This document shows, piece after piece, positions 1 to 10,267 of a DNA stretch of 64,000 bases. The notes beneath the pieces were generated by a model. That model had not been told where the DNA came from. It did not search any database and saw only the letters and a program-made list of their open reading frames with translations. Made by a program: the position numbers and the translations under genes. Source of the DNA: Azolla caroliniana (taxonomy: Eukaryota > Plantae > Polypodiophyta); the NCBI GenBank assembly GCA_043228905.1, contig JBHGNT010000010.1, positions 20,646,001 through 20,710,000 of the forward strand, in the 5' to 3' direction. Numbering within the stretch: position 1 is the first letter of the stretch; each line of letters opens with the position of its first letter.

Positions 1-149
1 GGGAAAATAAGTCTTTTATGGTTGATCTGCCCACAGAACACTAGATTCTTCACGGTAGTCATGCAACTTTTATTGTTGCTGGCTATCTGTCAATTGGTAT
101 CTGACATCCTCGAGAGATTCCTCAGTCACACTGCCTTATGTCCCGCATT

Positions 150-1900
150 AGCCTGCTGCCTTGTACTGAGCTTCGGTTGAGGACAATTAGACATTTGATT
201 ACATCTGGTGCTTATCCTGGAAAGTATTCCGGATCCCAGAGAGAGAATATCTGGTTAGACATTTTATCCTCTTGTTCAACATTCTAGTTGAAATCCCAAT
301 ATCTGGCCAGGTTAATCCTTGGCCAAACTGGGTACTAAGCTCTATGACACTCCTTATGTACCTTAGAACGTGCATCTCGACTTGCCAATGAATCTTTGTT
401 GGATCCTTTGCAAACTTGTTGCACGGATATAGGAGACACAAGAGTTCTGTGTTTGTCTATCCTCTCCATCTTTCCACTTCCATTCTTCATCAGCTTCAGA
501 TTGACCTCCACTGGTGTGGAAGTCAACTTCAATTCTCCATCTTGAACACATTAAGAATTAAGAGGGCACATTTGATTTGAGTTACAAAAATACAGTACAC
601 AATTATCCTTCATCATGAATTTGGACCTCAGCTTCCACAGTTTTTAACATGAATAAACTCTAAGAAGTCTTCATTCTCTCTGCATACTGGTAGAAAGACT
701 TCTATGCTTCTTGCCTGTTGTGCAAACCTCAAACGGGCCCAGGCATGTCGTGCACAAAAGCCCATTTGTCTAGATTTTCCATATTATCAGGAGACTCAAG
801 TACCAAAACAGGGATGCTACATCTTAGCATTTGTTACAATCTTATACACTTTTAAGACCAATGCAATTTTCTCAGTCATATTTTGTCTCCTCTTTGTGAA
901 TCCAACTACTTGTTTTGTGTGAGTTGTAAATATTCTGCATTTTCTTTGGAGAAAGAGCAACATCTGATACTGGTCCAATGATCTGAGTAATGTATCCCAC
1001 ATGGTTTTCCAGGTTATTGGTTTATGCAGACTTGCAGGAGGCTGCTTCATATCCAACATCTGCCAACTTTATGATAGACAGTTGATTCAGTTGGATTCGT
1101 GAACCAGAAGTATATTGGCAAAATTCTTTGTTCCACTTACTTGATTCTTCACGTAAATTGATTTGCTTCCCATGATGGGCACTTTTGGATGTTCCCTACT
1201 GTTATGAACACTGTCAATATTCCTCAATTTCGGATACCAATATCTTCAACGCATCATTTATTGGCTCATTCGTCTATCTAGAAGCCAAGCGTTTCCTGAT
1301 GACCCTGCATTTGAGATTTCTCCATAAGGCCTATAGACATGATGCTATCCATTTCATCAGATTGTCACAATTCCACTCTTTCTTTCTCAACTGAATGCAT
1401 AAAACTCTTGTTGACAGTTGGTGTTTTTTTAATGTTCTGGGCCAAATGTTCCCCTGCTCAATAACATTTCTTGTGTTTTCTTCTGCTTTTCATTATCTTT
1501 GCCACATCTTGTAGGGAAGGCAAAGTTTGTATTCGATGAATTCTGAATGCCTTGCCACAACTCATCCTAATCAATGTTGAGATCTCCTGAAGGAAAATGG
1601 AAGATTCTGCACCTGAGTGGTCAATGCTGTGATCAGGCCATCAAATTCTGAAGGAAGTGGGCAGATACACCTCAGTGCTAGCCACCCTTTCTCTAAGTCT
1701 CTCTTCCTCCATCCACTCAGCACCTAACTGAGTCTGTAGGTCCCATTCCACATCTGTAGGTTTGGATCCTGGTCTTTTTGTGCTGAATCAGCATCGCATT
1801 GAATCTGTTATGCCTATCACGATTGTGTATATGGATTCCCCATTCCACCTGTGGGGGTTTTTCCACTTGAGTTGAACCTGCAACTATAAAAATAATAAGT
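150..1900 (-). mobile_element. Degenerate Ty1/Copia LTR-retrotransposon internal remnant (gag, RT and RNase H fragments)
   Basis: Minus-strand fragments PLPSEFDGLITALTTQ (~1620-1670, gag-like), STPVEVNLKL and FAKDPTKIHWQVEMHVLRYI (Copia RT C-terminal region). Many frameshifts and deletions; no LTR seen. Confidence 0.7.
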
Positions 1901-1989
1901 AAAAAAGAGGGGGCTATTTGCACAATTTCAGCTTCCCTTTTTACTTATGCTTAACATGCCGCCATAGAGGGGTAGCATAGAAAAAACAA

Positions 1990-4950
1990 AAGAAAGAAAG
2001 AAAGAAAGAAATATTAACGTCTTTTAAGAGGCCAAAATGGCCTATAAGACCAAACAAGAGATTACATCGTAAGTGTTGCCTCGTCTTTGAGAACAACAAA
2101 TCAAAATAAAATTAATATTACTCCGTAAATATAAAAGTAAATAAGATAAAAGGAGACGAGGGAATTTGGTTTTCGGCACATGTGAGATTCTCAAGTTAAA
2201 TATATTGTAGCTTTTGTCTTTGAAAGTCTCTAGCATAGGTCGATCTAGAATGGAAAGGTCTCTGAAGCGAGGGAAGCTCCTGTGATGGTGGGAGATAATG
2301 GCCTTTATTTGTCGATGACAAGGTATTGAGGTCGTAGTCCATGGGGCCGGGACCTACGTGTACAACAAATTGCTATTGCCCGATCAATTGTAACCCCTTT
2401 GTTATGTCGTGGTCAGGAGCCCATTTGTGTATCCCTTGATTGACTTGTAGCATTAGTAGGAGTGATGAGGCTAAAGAAAGTTGTGATTGTTCTTTGTGGA
2501 TGAGCTTATGTGGCTGTATTCTTCAACAACTTTTCCCGAAGTCCTTGAACTCTAGCAAGAAAAGTCCTAGGCACCGTTGGTCCTCATATTCTATTACCTT
2601 GCGTAGCGGGCCAAAGCCTTGTTTAAAGAGGCAATGGTATCTCCCTCTGATTTCATAAAAAGACACTACAATGACAAACATAGTGTTCTTCGGATTCCAC
2701 TCCTTGATGACACAATTGGGAAATTCTTTCTTCTAGAGGTATTCATGTATATCTATCTGCCTACCTCAATCTGTAACTGATGTGACGAAGTTCGCAACCA
2801 CCCTATCACAATGTGCAACGCATAGGATAGATGTATGTCCATATAAGGTGGCTTGATGATGAATCCATCCTCCGATGTGTGTAAGAAGTGTGTCTTATAG
2901 TGGGCCATCTTTGTACCAAGTGATGTTTTGGGCTGATCCATGTTATCTTGTTTTCCAAGTTAACAATATCAGTTTGGATCGCTCTATTCTTTTCCACTTT
3001 GGTCATATTTAGATGGGGACAGTCCAAGCTATATTGGAACAGGGGTAGTGCATTTATATTCATGCCATGTGACTCGAACCATTGTTGCATTTCAGCATAC
3101 CAACAATGAATGTCTCCATTTTCAGCCAGTTGTCTTGATGACATAAGTGCCAACCTTGGGTACCTTTGTTTAGGGTGCTCCCAAAGGCGTTGGATAAATG
3201 TCACTGATCGGAACAATGCATCGGTGATTATATGTGCTGCTCCCATCTCTGCCTAGATTATATCATGGGGCACTGATGCTTTACTCCTTATAATGTAGTA
3301 AATCATTGGCACTAAAGATCTCTCTAAATCTTTCCAATGATTTGCCTTGTTAAGCCTTGGTCCTCACATTCCTACTCCATAGAGAAGAGTTGGTGTGACA
3401 ACTGTATCAAATAACCCAACTTAGTTTGTGGCTCTTGGAACTGCAAATGTGCACATTGGCTCTCAAGAGCACCAAGGGCTGCATATCCACGAGAAAGTTG
3501 GGCACAAGCAGCCTCCTGTAAGGAGAACCTAGGCCTTGTAAATGTTACTCCGAGGTATGTGTAGGAGCATGTGTATTCCACCTTTTTCTCTCCCAAGAAG
3601 AATTCCAGTTCTGATCTTGTTACCCATGCTTGAGTGGTGTTAAACACCATCATTTTAGTTTTATCCATGTTTATCGACAAACCTTTGTTCGTACAAAATA
3701 GTTTTAAGGCATTTAGATGTCTTTGTAGTCCCTCCAAAGAGTCAGAAATCAGCACAATATCATCAGCATATAGTAATATTTGTATAGCTATACCTACTAG
3801 GCATGCTCCCGAACCCCCTAATCTCTCTATGTAATGTGATCCCTCATCTATATAGAGACCGAAGAGAGTGGGTGATAGTGGGCATCCTTGCTTCACTCTG
3901 ATGGTGCTAGCCACCGCCTCTGACAGACCCTTGGAAGACCGCACTTTTCCTGACATGGATTCATAGAGTGCATAGATTCCCCATTGCATATCTGTAGGAA
4001 CACCAAGGGCTTCTAGCCGTTGCATAAGCCGAGCACATGACATAGTGTCAAAGGCTTTTCGGAAATCCTCAAAGCAGCAATAAATCCTCTTATTATATGA
4101 GCTCCTCATTAAGGGCCCGGAGGGTCAATATGTGATCCAAAGTTGTGAACCCCTTCTGAAAGCCTGCCGGTCCAGCTGAACGGCAGCTATTCCGCTCTGC
4201 CCATATACTCAATTCTGATTCTAGAATCGAGCCATATAGTTTAGCCAAGTAATGGCCAATCATGATTGTCCTATGTTGCTTGGCATCGTGGGGTGTCCAC
4301 TCTTGAGGATCGGCACAATGGTATGCTGAGTCCATCTAGTAGGGAAACCTTCACACATGGCTCTATTAAAGATGTGTGCTAGCAGTGGGAGAAAGGTGTC
4401 ACGGGCATAGACAAAGTGCTCACCCACCAATCCATCATGATCCTAGGCCTTGCCAAATTGTAACCGATCAATGGCATTTCTTACATTTTGTGGAGTAAAA
4501 CGGGTTGATTCATGTGGGCGTGAGCCATGTGCGTGGGGAAGAGGAGGTTGCTCTGGGATATCACATAGGACCTTTGCATATTCATGCCACACCTGAGGTG
4601 AGGTCAGTTGTGTGGTATAGGTTGCCTCTCATTAAACATTTTCAATGCTCTTTTACTTTCTTGTCCTACAAACAAGCGATACAAATGATCTTCAAATTTA
4701 GCTAAATACAATCTCTTCGTCTTCCTTACAAGGTGTTGGAAGGTTGCTCTCGCTTGTTTGTGTGTATAAATGCCCCGAGTTAGTTCATGCCGCAAGCATC
4801 TCCTTGTATCACGACATTCCTCATCATACCAACTATTTCGTATTACTCTACCAAGTTTCGTATTACCCTGCTTTTGGGTTCCAACATGTCAAAGCATCTG
4901 ATCAAGGCCATTGTAACAATCCATTATATGTACAAATTCATGCGCACTTC
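1990..4950 (-). mobile_element. Degenerate 5'-truncated non-LTR retrotransposon (RTE-X-like LINE, subfamily A)
   Basis: RT motifs CCFEDFRKAFD, VKQGCPLSPTLFGLYID, LLYADDIVL (3372-4109) and WLRTSSHQLQIEVGR (~2753-2800). Broken by stops and frameshifts; (TTTC)n tail at ~1990-2011. Confidence 0.9.
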
Positions 4951-5456
4951 CCAAAAGCTAGAAAGTGTTTGCCATATTCAGTTACAGCACTCATATCTTG
5001 AGCTTGTCGCTTTAGGCGTAAAAACTATCCTAAAAATTCTAGACCACAAATCAAAGGCCTCAAGTTCTCACAAATTTTCTGCACTGTCTACAAGAAATTT
5101 CAACCCACAAACAATCAATATAGGTTTAAACAAACTAGAAATAAACAATCATATCAAATACACAAATCATCTAGAGTAGAAGCCCATCTAGCTGAAGAAG
5201 TTTCAGAAGATGACTCATACCCAACTGAAATAAAGAAAGAAAGAAAGAAAGATATATTAACGTCTTCTAAGGCCAAAATTGGCCCATGAGACAAATGGTT
5301 TACAACAAAAATGGGATATTTACCCATTCATCGAAGTAAAAATAAAAATAAGATGAAAAATAGAGTTTAAGCTAAATAGTTCTAAAAAATAACAAACATG
5401 TTTTATATAGAAACATGTTCTACTACAATGAAAATGGTGTTATACAATTGTTATTT

Positions 5457-8400
5457 TCATTTCCATCCAAGTCTCTCGAAGAGAAGCGGAAGGTCAAAGG
5501 GTTGCGATGTGGATGTGGCCCGTGGTCCCCATGTAAGAGGTACCCCAACCATAGCTTCTAGTCGACGTAGCTCACGTTCCCTTATCTTCTTAATCTTGTC
5601 TACTCCACGTTGACTTGTTTTGAAGCCCAATATTCGAGGGCGTTTCGTTGTTCTTTGCATTTTTGCTTCCTCAAGGGAGAGGCCGAGCGGCGTAAGTGTA
5701 TCCACATTCATCGTCTCCCCTTGTTCCTGAAAAATTACACTAGTTACATGGTGATGAATACTAAGAGGGTTATCGTTAGCACTTTGTAATTTATTCTCCC
5801 TATGTTGTTTTAGGTCTAAGATATATCTACCTAGTCTCTTTACATTCGGGGTATCTAATAGTTTGGAGAGGGTGGGAGAGGGTCCTAGTATGTCTTGGTA
5901 TTCCGCTCGTATCTCGGCATAAGTTGGGCATTTGCATGTGAAGTGATACTCATCCTCTATCTCTATGTGGCATAACCTACATAACCTTTCCTCTCTAGGG
6001 ACTCTATTAGCCCGACCATTCTCAATCTCAAGTTGGTGAGATGATATCCTAAGTTGTCCAATGGCCACCCTTAGTGCGTTTGATAAGAATGTATCTAAAT
6101 ATCTTGGTCGTGTAATAAAGCCTAGCGTAGAGAAGCGCAAGAAGTGTTCCTTATAGTACACCATTTTAGATGGGAGTGGTTCTCGTGGGGTGATCCATTT
6201 GTATCGAGTGTAAATTTGCCATATTTCTTGGCGTATCACTTTATTACGATCTTCGTGAGAGATTAAAGTTTGATCAGTCCCATGGTTGTACTTAAGGGGA
6301 GGTAGGTTATTAATGTCTATGCCGTTCGCACGGAGCCAACTCACCACGATGCTATACCAAGAGCTAGTGTCGCCAGACACATATAAAGATCGGGACGCCT
6401 CAAAGGCTCGACGGGATATCCTATCTTGTGGTTGGCTATGTATCCGATGAATAAAAACTACCACTTGAAAGAGTGCTTCTACTAACATCGGGGGTAGACT
6501 GAACTCAGCTCTAATAATGTCATGTGGTACTGTCGATTTGCTTCGGAGTTGACGTGATAACATCGTCGCTAAAGGTCTCTCTAATTGCGTCCACATGAAA
6601 GATGGTAAACCTGGAGCCCATACTACTGATGCATACATGAGGGACGGGGTCACTAATGAGTCAAAAAGCCATCCCTTAGTCCGTGGCTCTTGAAAGTATG
6701 CTTGATGGCATTGTCTCTCTAAGAGTGAGAGGGATGCATACCCTCTCGTTAGCCTATCTTTGGCTGCCTGGGTCATCGAGAATTTACCTGAGCGAGCACT
6801 AAAGGGGACTCCCAAGTATACATACGATCCCACTACCTCAACTGGTTTATGAGAGAGGATTAGGTGACATTGACTCCTAACTCGGGACGATGTATGAAAG
6901 ATAAGGACTTTAGTTTTCGCTAAATTCACTACCAGTCCTCGTTGTGTACAAAAGTCATACAGGGCATTAAGATGCTTTTGTAGGTCGTGTTCCGACTTTG
7001 AGAGCAAGACAATGTCGTCTGCGTAGAGTAAGAGACTAACTTGCGTCTCCCCAATAGCTACTCCCTCGCCTCCCTTACGAGCAATAAAATCAGTGATCTC
7101 ATCAATGTAGATCCCAAAAAGAGTCGGTGATAGGGGGCAACCCTGTTTTACACCAATGGTGCTAGTGAAACAATCGGATAGGCCACCTGGGCATCTTACA
7201 CACCCAGAGACTTGCTCATATAGGGCATAAATGGCCCAGATCATGTCATCTGGTATCTCCAAGCTCTTAAGTCTATCAAACAACCTTTCCCTAGGAACCG
7301 TGTCAAAGGCCTTGCGAAAGTCCACAAAGCAACAATATAGTTTCTTCTTACGAGCCTTTGTCTGGTCAATTAAGCACCTGAGTGTGAAGATATGGTCAAT
7401 AGTGGAGAAGGCTCGTCTAAAGCCAGCTTGCTCAGGTGCTCGAAGACTTAATGTTTCCATATAATCACTGAGCTCCGCTTCCATTACTGCACCATATAGT
7501 TTAGCGAGCGTATGACCTATCATAACGGTCCTATATGTATTTGGGTCCATTGAGTCCCCTCCTTTATGTATAGGGGCCACTGTGTTCATGGCCCATTGTG
7601 GTGGAAAACCCTCGGCGAGGGCGTGGTTGAAGATTAGAGCGAGAAGGGGGGCTAGGCACTCTCGAGCATATATGATGTGCTCGGCACACAATCCTGTGTG
7701 GTCCATGGATTTCCTATGTTGTAATTTTTTGATGACCTTCGTGACCCTAGAGGTCGTGAAGAGTGTCCCCATGGTAGGTCGAGGTGTGGAGGGCATTGGA
7801 ATGGGTGGTTGGTTCAGGACATGGTAGAGTCTCTCAATATATGTGTGCCAAATATTGGGATCCTCGATGGGTGTTTGTGGTCTCGGTTCCCGTAGCCTCT
7901 TCCATGCGAGGGCACAATCCCTACTCATGAGCATATGGTAGAGTTCCCAATATTGAGATGCTTCCCAAGCCCGTCTTTTACGACGTGTCATCTTGCGCAT
8001 CTCTTTGCGATCCTGTACTGAGGAAATAGTACCACTAAGCCGCGATACTTTAAGTTGTCTATACAACTCTCTACAATCCTCATCATACCACTTGTTCTGT
8101 GGCATAGACCCAACTCTACTATGATTGGAGTCTTTCGTGTATGGGAAGCTACTAGTTGCTGCTGAGTGGAGGATGTGTGTGAGTTCTGTAGTGAGGTGCT
8201 CTAAAGGCAAGGAAGAATCAAAAGAGGAGAGATGCGCTTGAACATGTCGAGAATAGATGTCAGCGAGCTCATGCGTGAAATGTATTATAGTGCGATGGGT
8301 TGGTTTACTAGAGTTGGTGGCGTGGGAGGCGTCACATTTTAGCTCAAAGTATAGGAAGCTATGGTCTGCGCCAATGGGGCATGGGGCCACCCGGAAGGAG

Positions 8401-9541
8401 CTAACCATGTGGGTAGCTTCAGGGCGTCCTATTAGGTAATCAACTGTGCTTTCCCCTCCTCCATGTGGGAAACATGTGAGCTCTTCCGAGCCCGGCCACT
8501 TGGCTAAGCCATTATATATGATCATCTGGTGTCGGCTTCCAAGTTCAAGCAGATGATGGCCAAAGCTTGTGGCGTCCGCACCTTGATCTTTTGATGTACG
8601 TGTTATGCCTAAGGCTAAAGGGTCGACATTCACCATTTCTAGGTTTCTATCCATCTGAAATATTGTGCATTGGCGGGATTGGGTTCTCGCATTGAAATCT
8701 CCTACAAGGAAGACTTCCCCTTGAGAAGAATATCGGATTATGTCATCCGATAAAGGTTCGTATGGAGAAGGCCCATGTGGCGTTCCTTCATCAACTATAC
8801 TCGCCACTCCAACCATATTATACCGAGATCCTTTCGGGGGGAAGTAACAAATGGCAATAAATATCACCTGATCTTTGCTAGTGAGTACTTTCACCCACAT
8901 AAAACGGGCTTCTGGGTCTTTCTTTAGTATTTCTATCCTACTATGTATCTCTCTCCGAAATAATATCGCAACCCCTCCAGACCCTCTAGTAGTGTGTCGA
9001 CGTGAGGTTTGTCTAAAGACAGATTCCCAACGAAAACCATCAACTCGTGGTAATCCTCGATTTGGACTTTGATGTGTTTCTACCAAAAAAAGTATATCAG
9101 ATACCCTCAAAATCTCCTCTAGACGGCCAGGGTGTGTCCAAAGTGCACCGANNNNNNNNNNNNNNNNNNNNNNNNNNNNNNNNNNNNNNNNNNNNNNNNN
9201 NNNNNNNNNNNNNNNNNNNNNNNNNNNNNNNNNNNNNNNNNNNNNNNNNNNACTAGTGAGTACTTTCACCCACATAAAACGGGCTTCTGGGTCTTTCTTT
9301 AGTATTTCTATGCAGTGGTATCAACGCAGAGTACTATCGCAACCCCTCCAGACCCTCTAGTAGTGTGTCGACGTGAGGTTTGTCTAAAGACAGATTCCCA
9401 ACGAAAACCATCAACTCGTGGTAATCCTCGATTTGGACTTTGATGTGTTTCTACCAAAAAAAGTATATCAGATACCCTCAAAATCTCCTCTAGACGGCCA
9501 GGGTGTGTCCAAAGTGCACCGTTACAATTCCATAAACTCAT
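5457..9541 (-). CDS. LINE ORF2: apurinic endonuclease, reverse transcriptase, CCHC zinc finger and C-terminal extension (continuous once the gap overlap is collapsed)
   Basis: MSLWNCNG (ATG 9541), LVET, GGVAIL, GDFNA, STVDY, ADH (APE); DFRKAFD, GVKQGCPLSP, YADD (RT); CRLC...HF..C. No internal stops in 5457-9150. Confidence 0.92.
9152..9251. other. 100-N scaffold gap with duplicated contig overlap
   Basis: 8878-9150 recurs at 9253-9521 on the other side of the gap. Confidence 0.95.
9312..9335 (+). other. SMART / PacBio ultra-low-input amplification adapter contamination
   Basis: GCAGTGGTATCAACGCAGAGTAC(T) replaces the 27 nt present in the duplicate copy at 8937-8963. Confidence 0.95.
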
Positions 9542-9577
9542 CCTAAGTCTATTATTTGTCACATGGGCCACACGCCG

Positions 9578-10267
9578 TCAATTGGCAGCGCGATCATTTA
9601 TTATGACCCGTTCGTCTCGGTAGAAGGCACGATGCCCCTCTTTACGAGCTTGTATGACTCGCGGCATACAAGTTTTACGATGCTCAATTTGCATCTTGGT
9701 CAAGTCTTCATCGAGGTAGATGGGCTCCCCGCCCAATCCTCGAAGAATTGGTCTCTTTTTAAAAAAGGCGATTCTAGATTCCGAGTCCTTAAATTGAAGA
9801 ACTAAAGCTCTTTTCCTAGTGGTGTCACGCCCTACCCTCCAAGTTTTAGTGATTGGTAGGGCTTCATATCCCAACATTTTACCCAAGGTTTGTGCATCTA
9901 CGTCGGGAGATGCCCCTTCCTTGAGCCCAGTAACTCGTACATTTAAGCGTCGAGCTTGACGCATTTTTTCCTCCTCGAGGGTAGTGTTTACAATATTTTC
10001 GTCCTTTAGTTCTTTTTTAATATTACGTTTTACTACATCAACCCACCCAGTTTTTGCTAGTTCCATATCACTTTTAACCTCTTCTTTAACTTTTTTTATC
10101 TCGTCCTTAATATCCTCTAGAGAAGATATTTCACCATCTTCCCTAGATGTTTCAAGGTCCTTAATTCGTTTTTGAAGGTTTACGTTATCTACCTTAAGTT
10201 TCGCTACTTCAGCAATAAGCAATTCTCTTTCTTCCTTATCTTTTTGTTTTTCAGCTTCAATTTCATC
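9578..10267 (-). CDS. LINE ORF1 (coiled coil plus RRM/CTD, L1 ORF1p-like), 5'-truncated
   Basis: RRLNVRVTGLKE, RVGR, LVLQF and IYLDEDLT motifs. The frame stays open upstream of the called TTG (DEIEAEKQKDKEERE) up to the inversion junction. Confidence 0.85.
   Translation of the reverse strand, partial: DEIEAEKQKDKEERELLIAEVAKLKVDNVNLQKRIKDLETSREDGEISSLEDIKDEIKKVKEEVKSDMELAKTGWVDVVKRNIKKELKDENIVNTTLEEEKMRQARRLNVRVTGLKEGASPDVDAQTLGKMLGYEALPITKTWRVGRDTTRKRALVLQFKDSESRIAFFKKRPILRGLGGEPIYLDEDLTKMQIEHRKTCMPRVIQARKEGHRAFYRDERVIINDRAAN

Larger units (their letters stand above)
5232..10263 (-). mobile_element. Young RTE-X-like LINE (subfamily B), truncated within ORF1
   Basis: ORF1, ORF2 (APE-RT-CCHC), 3' UTR and (TTTC)n tail at 5232-5251. 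Clade inferred from the LRISSHQLEIENGR...CxxC...EDEYHF..C motif and the short-repeat tail. Confidence 0.9.

Noticed and set aside
7231-9072. Short antisense ORFs inside the LINE as an ORF0-like gene
   Set aside because: They are 60-81 aa shadows of the long ORF2 with no independent support.
9152-9275. N-terminus MWVKVLTS-XXX of the 1272-aa ORF
   Set aside because: Artefact of the gap and duplicated overlap; the native ORF2 start is MSLWNCNG at 9541.
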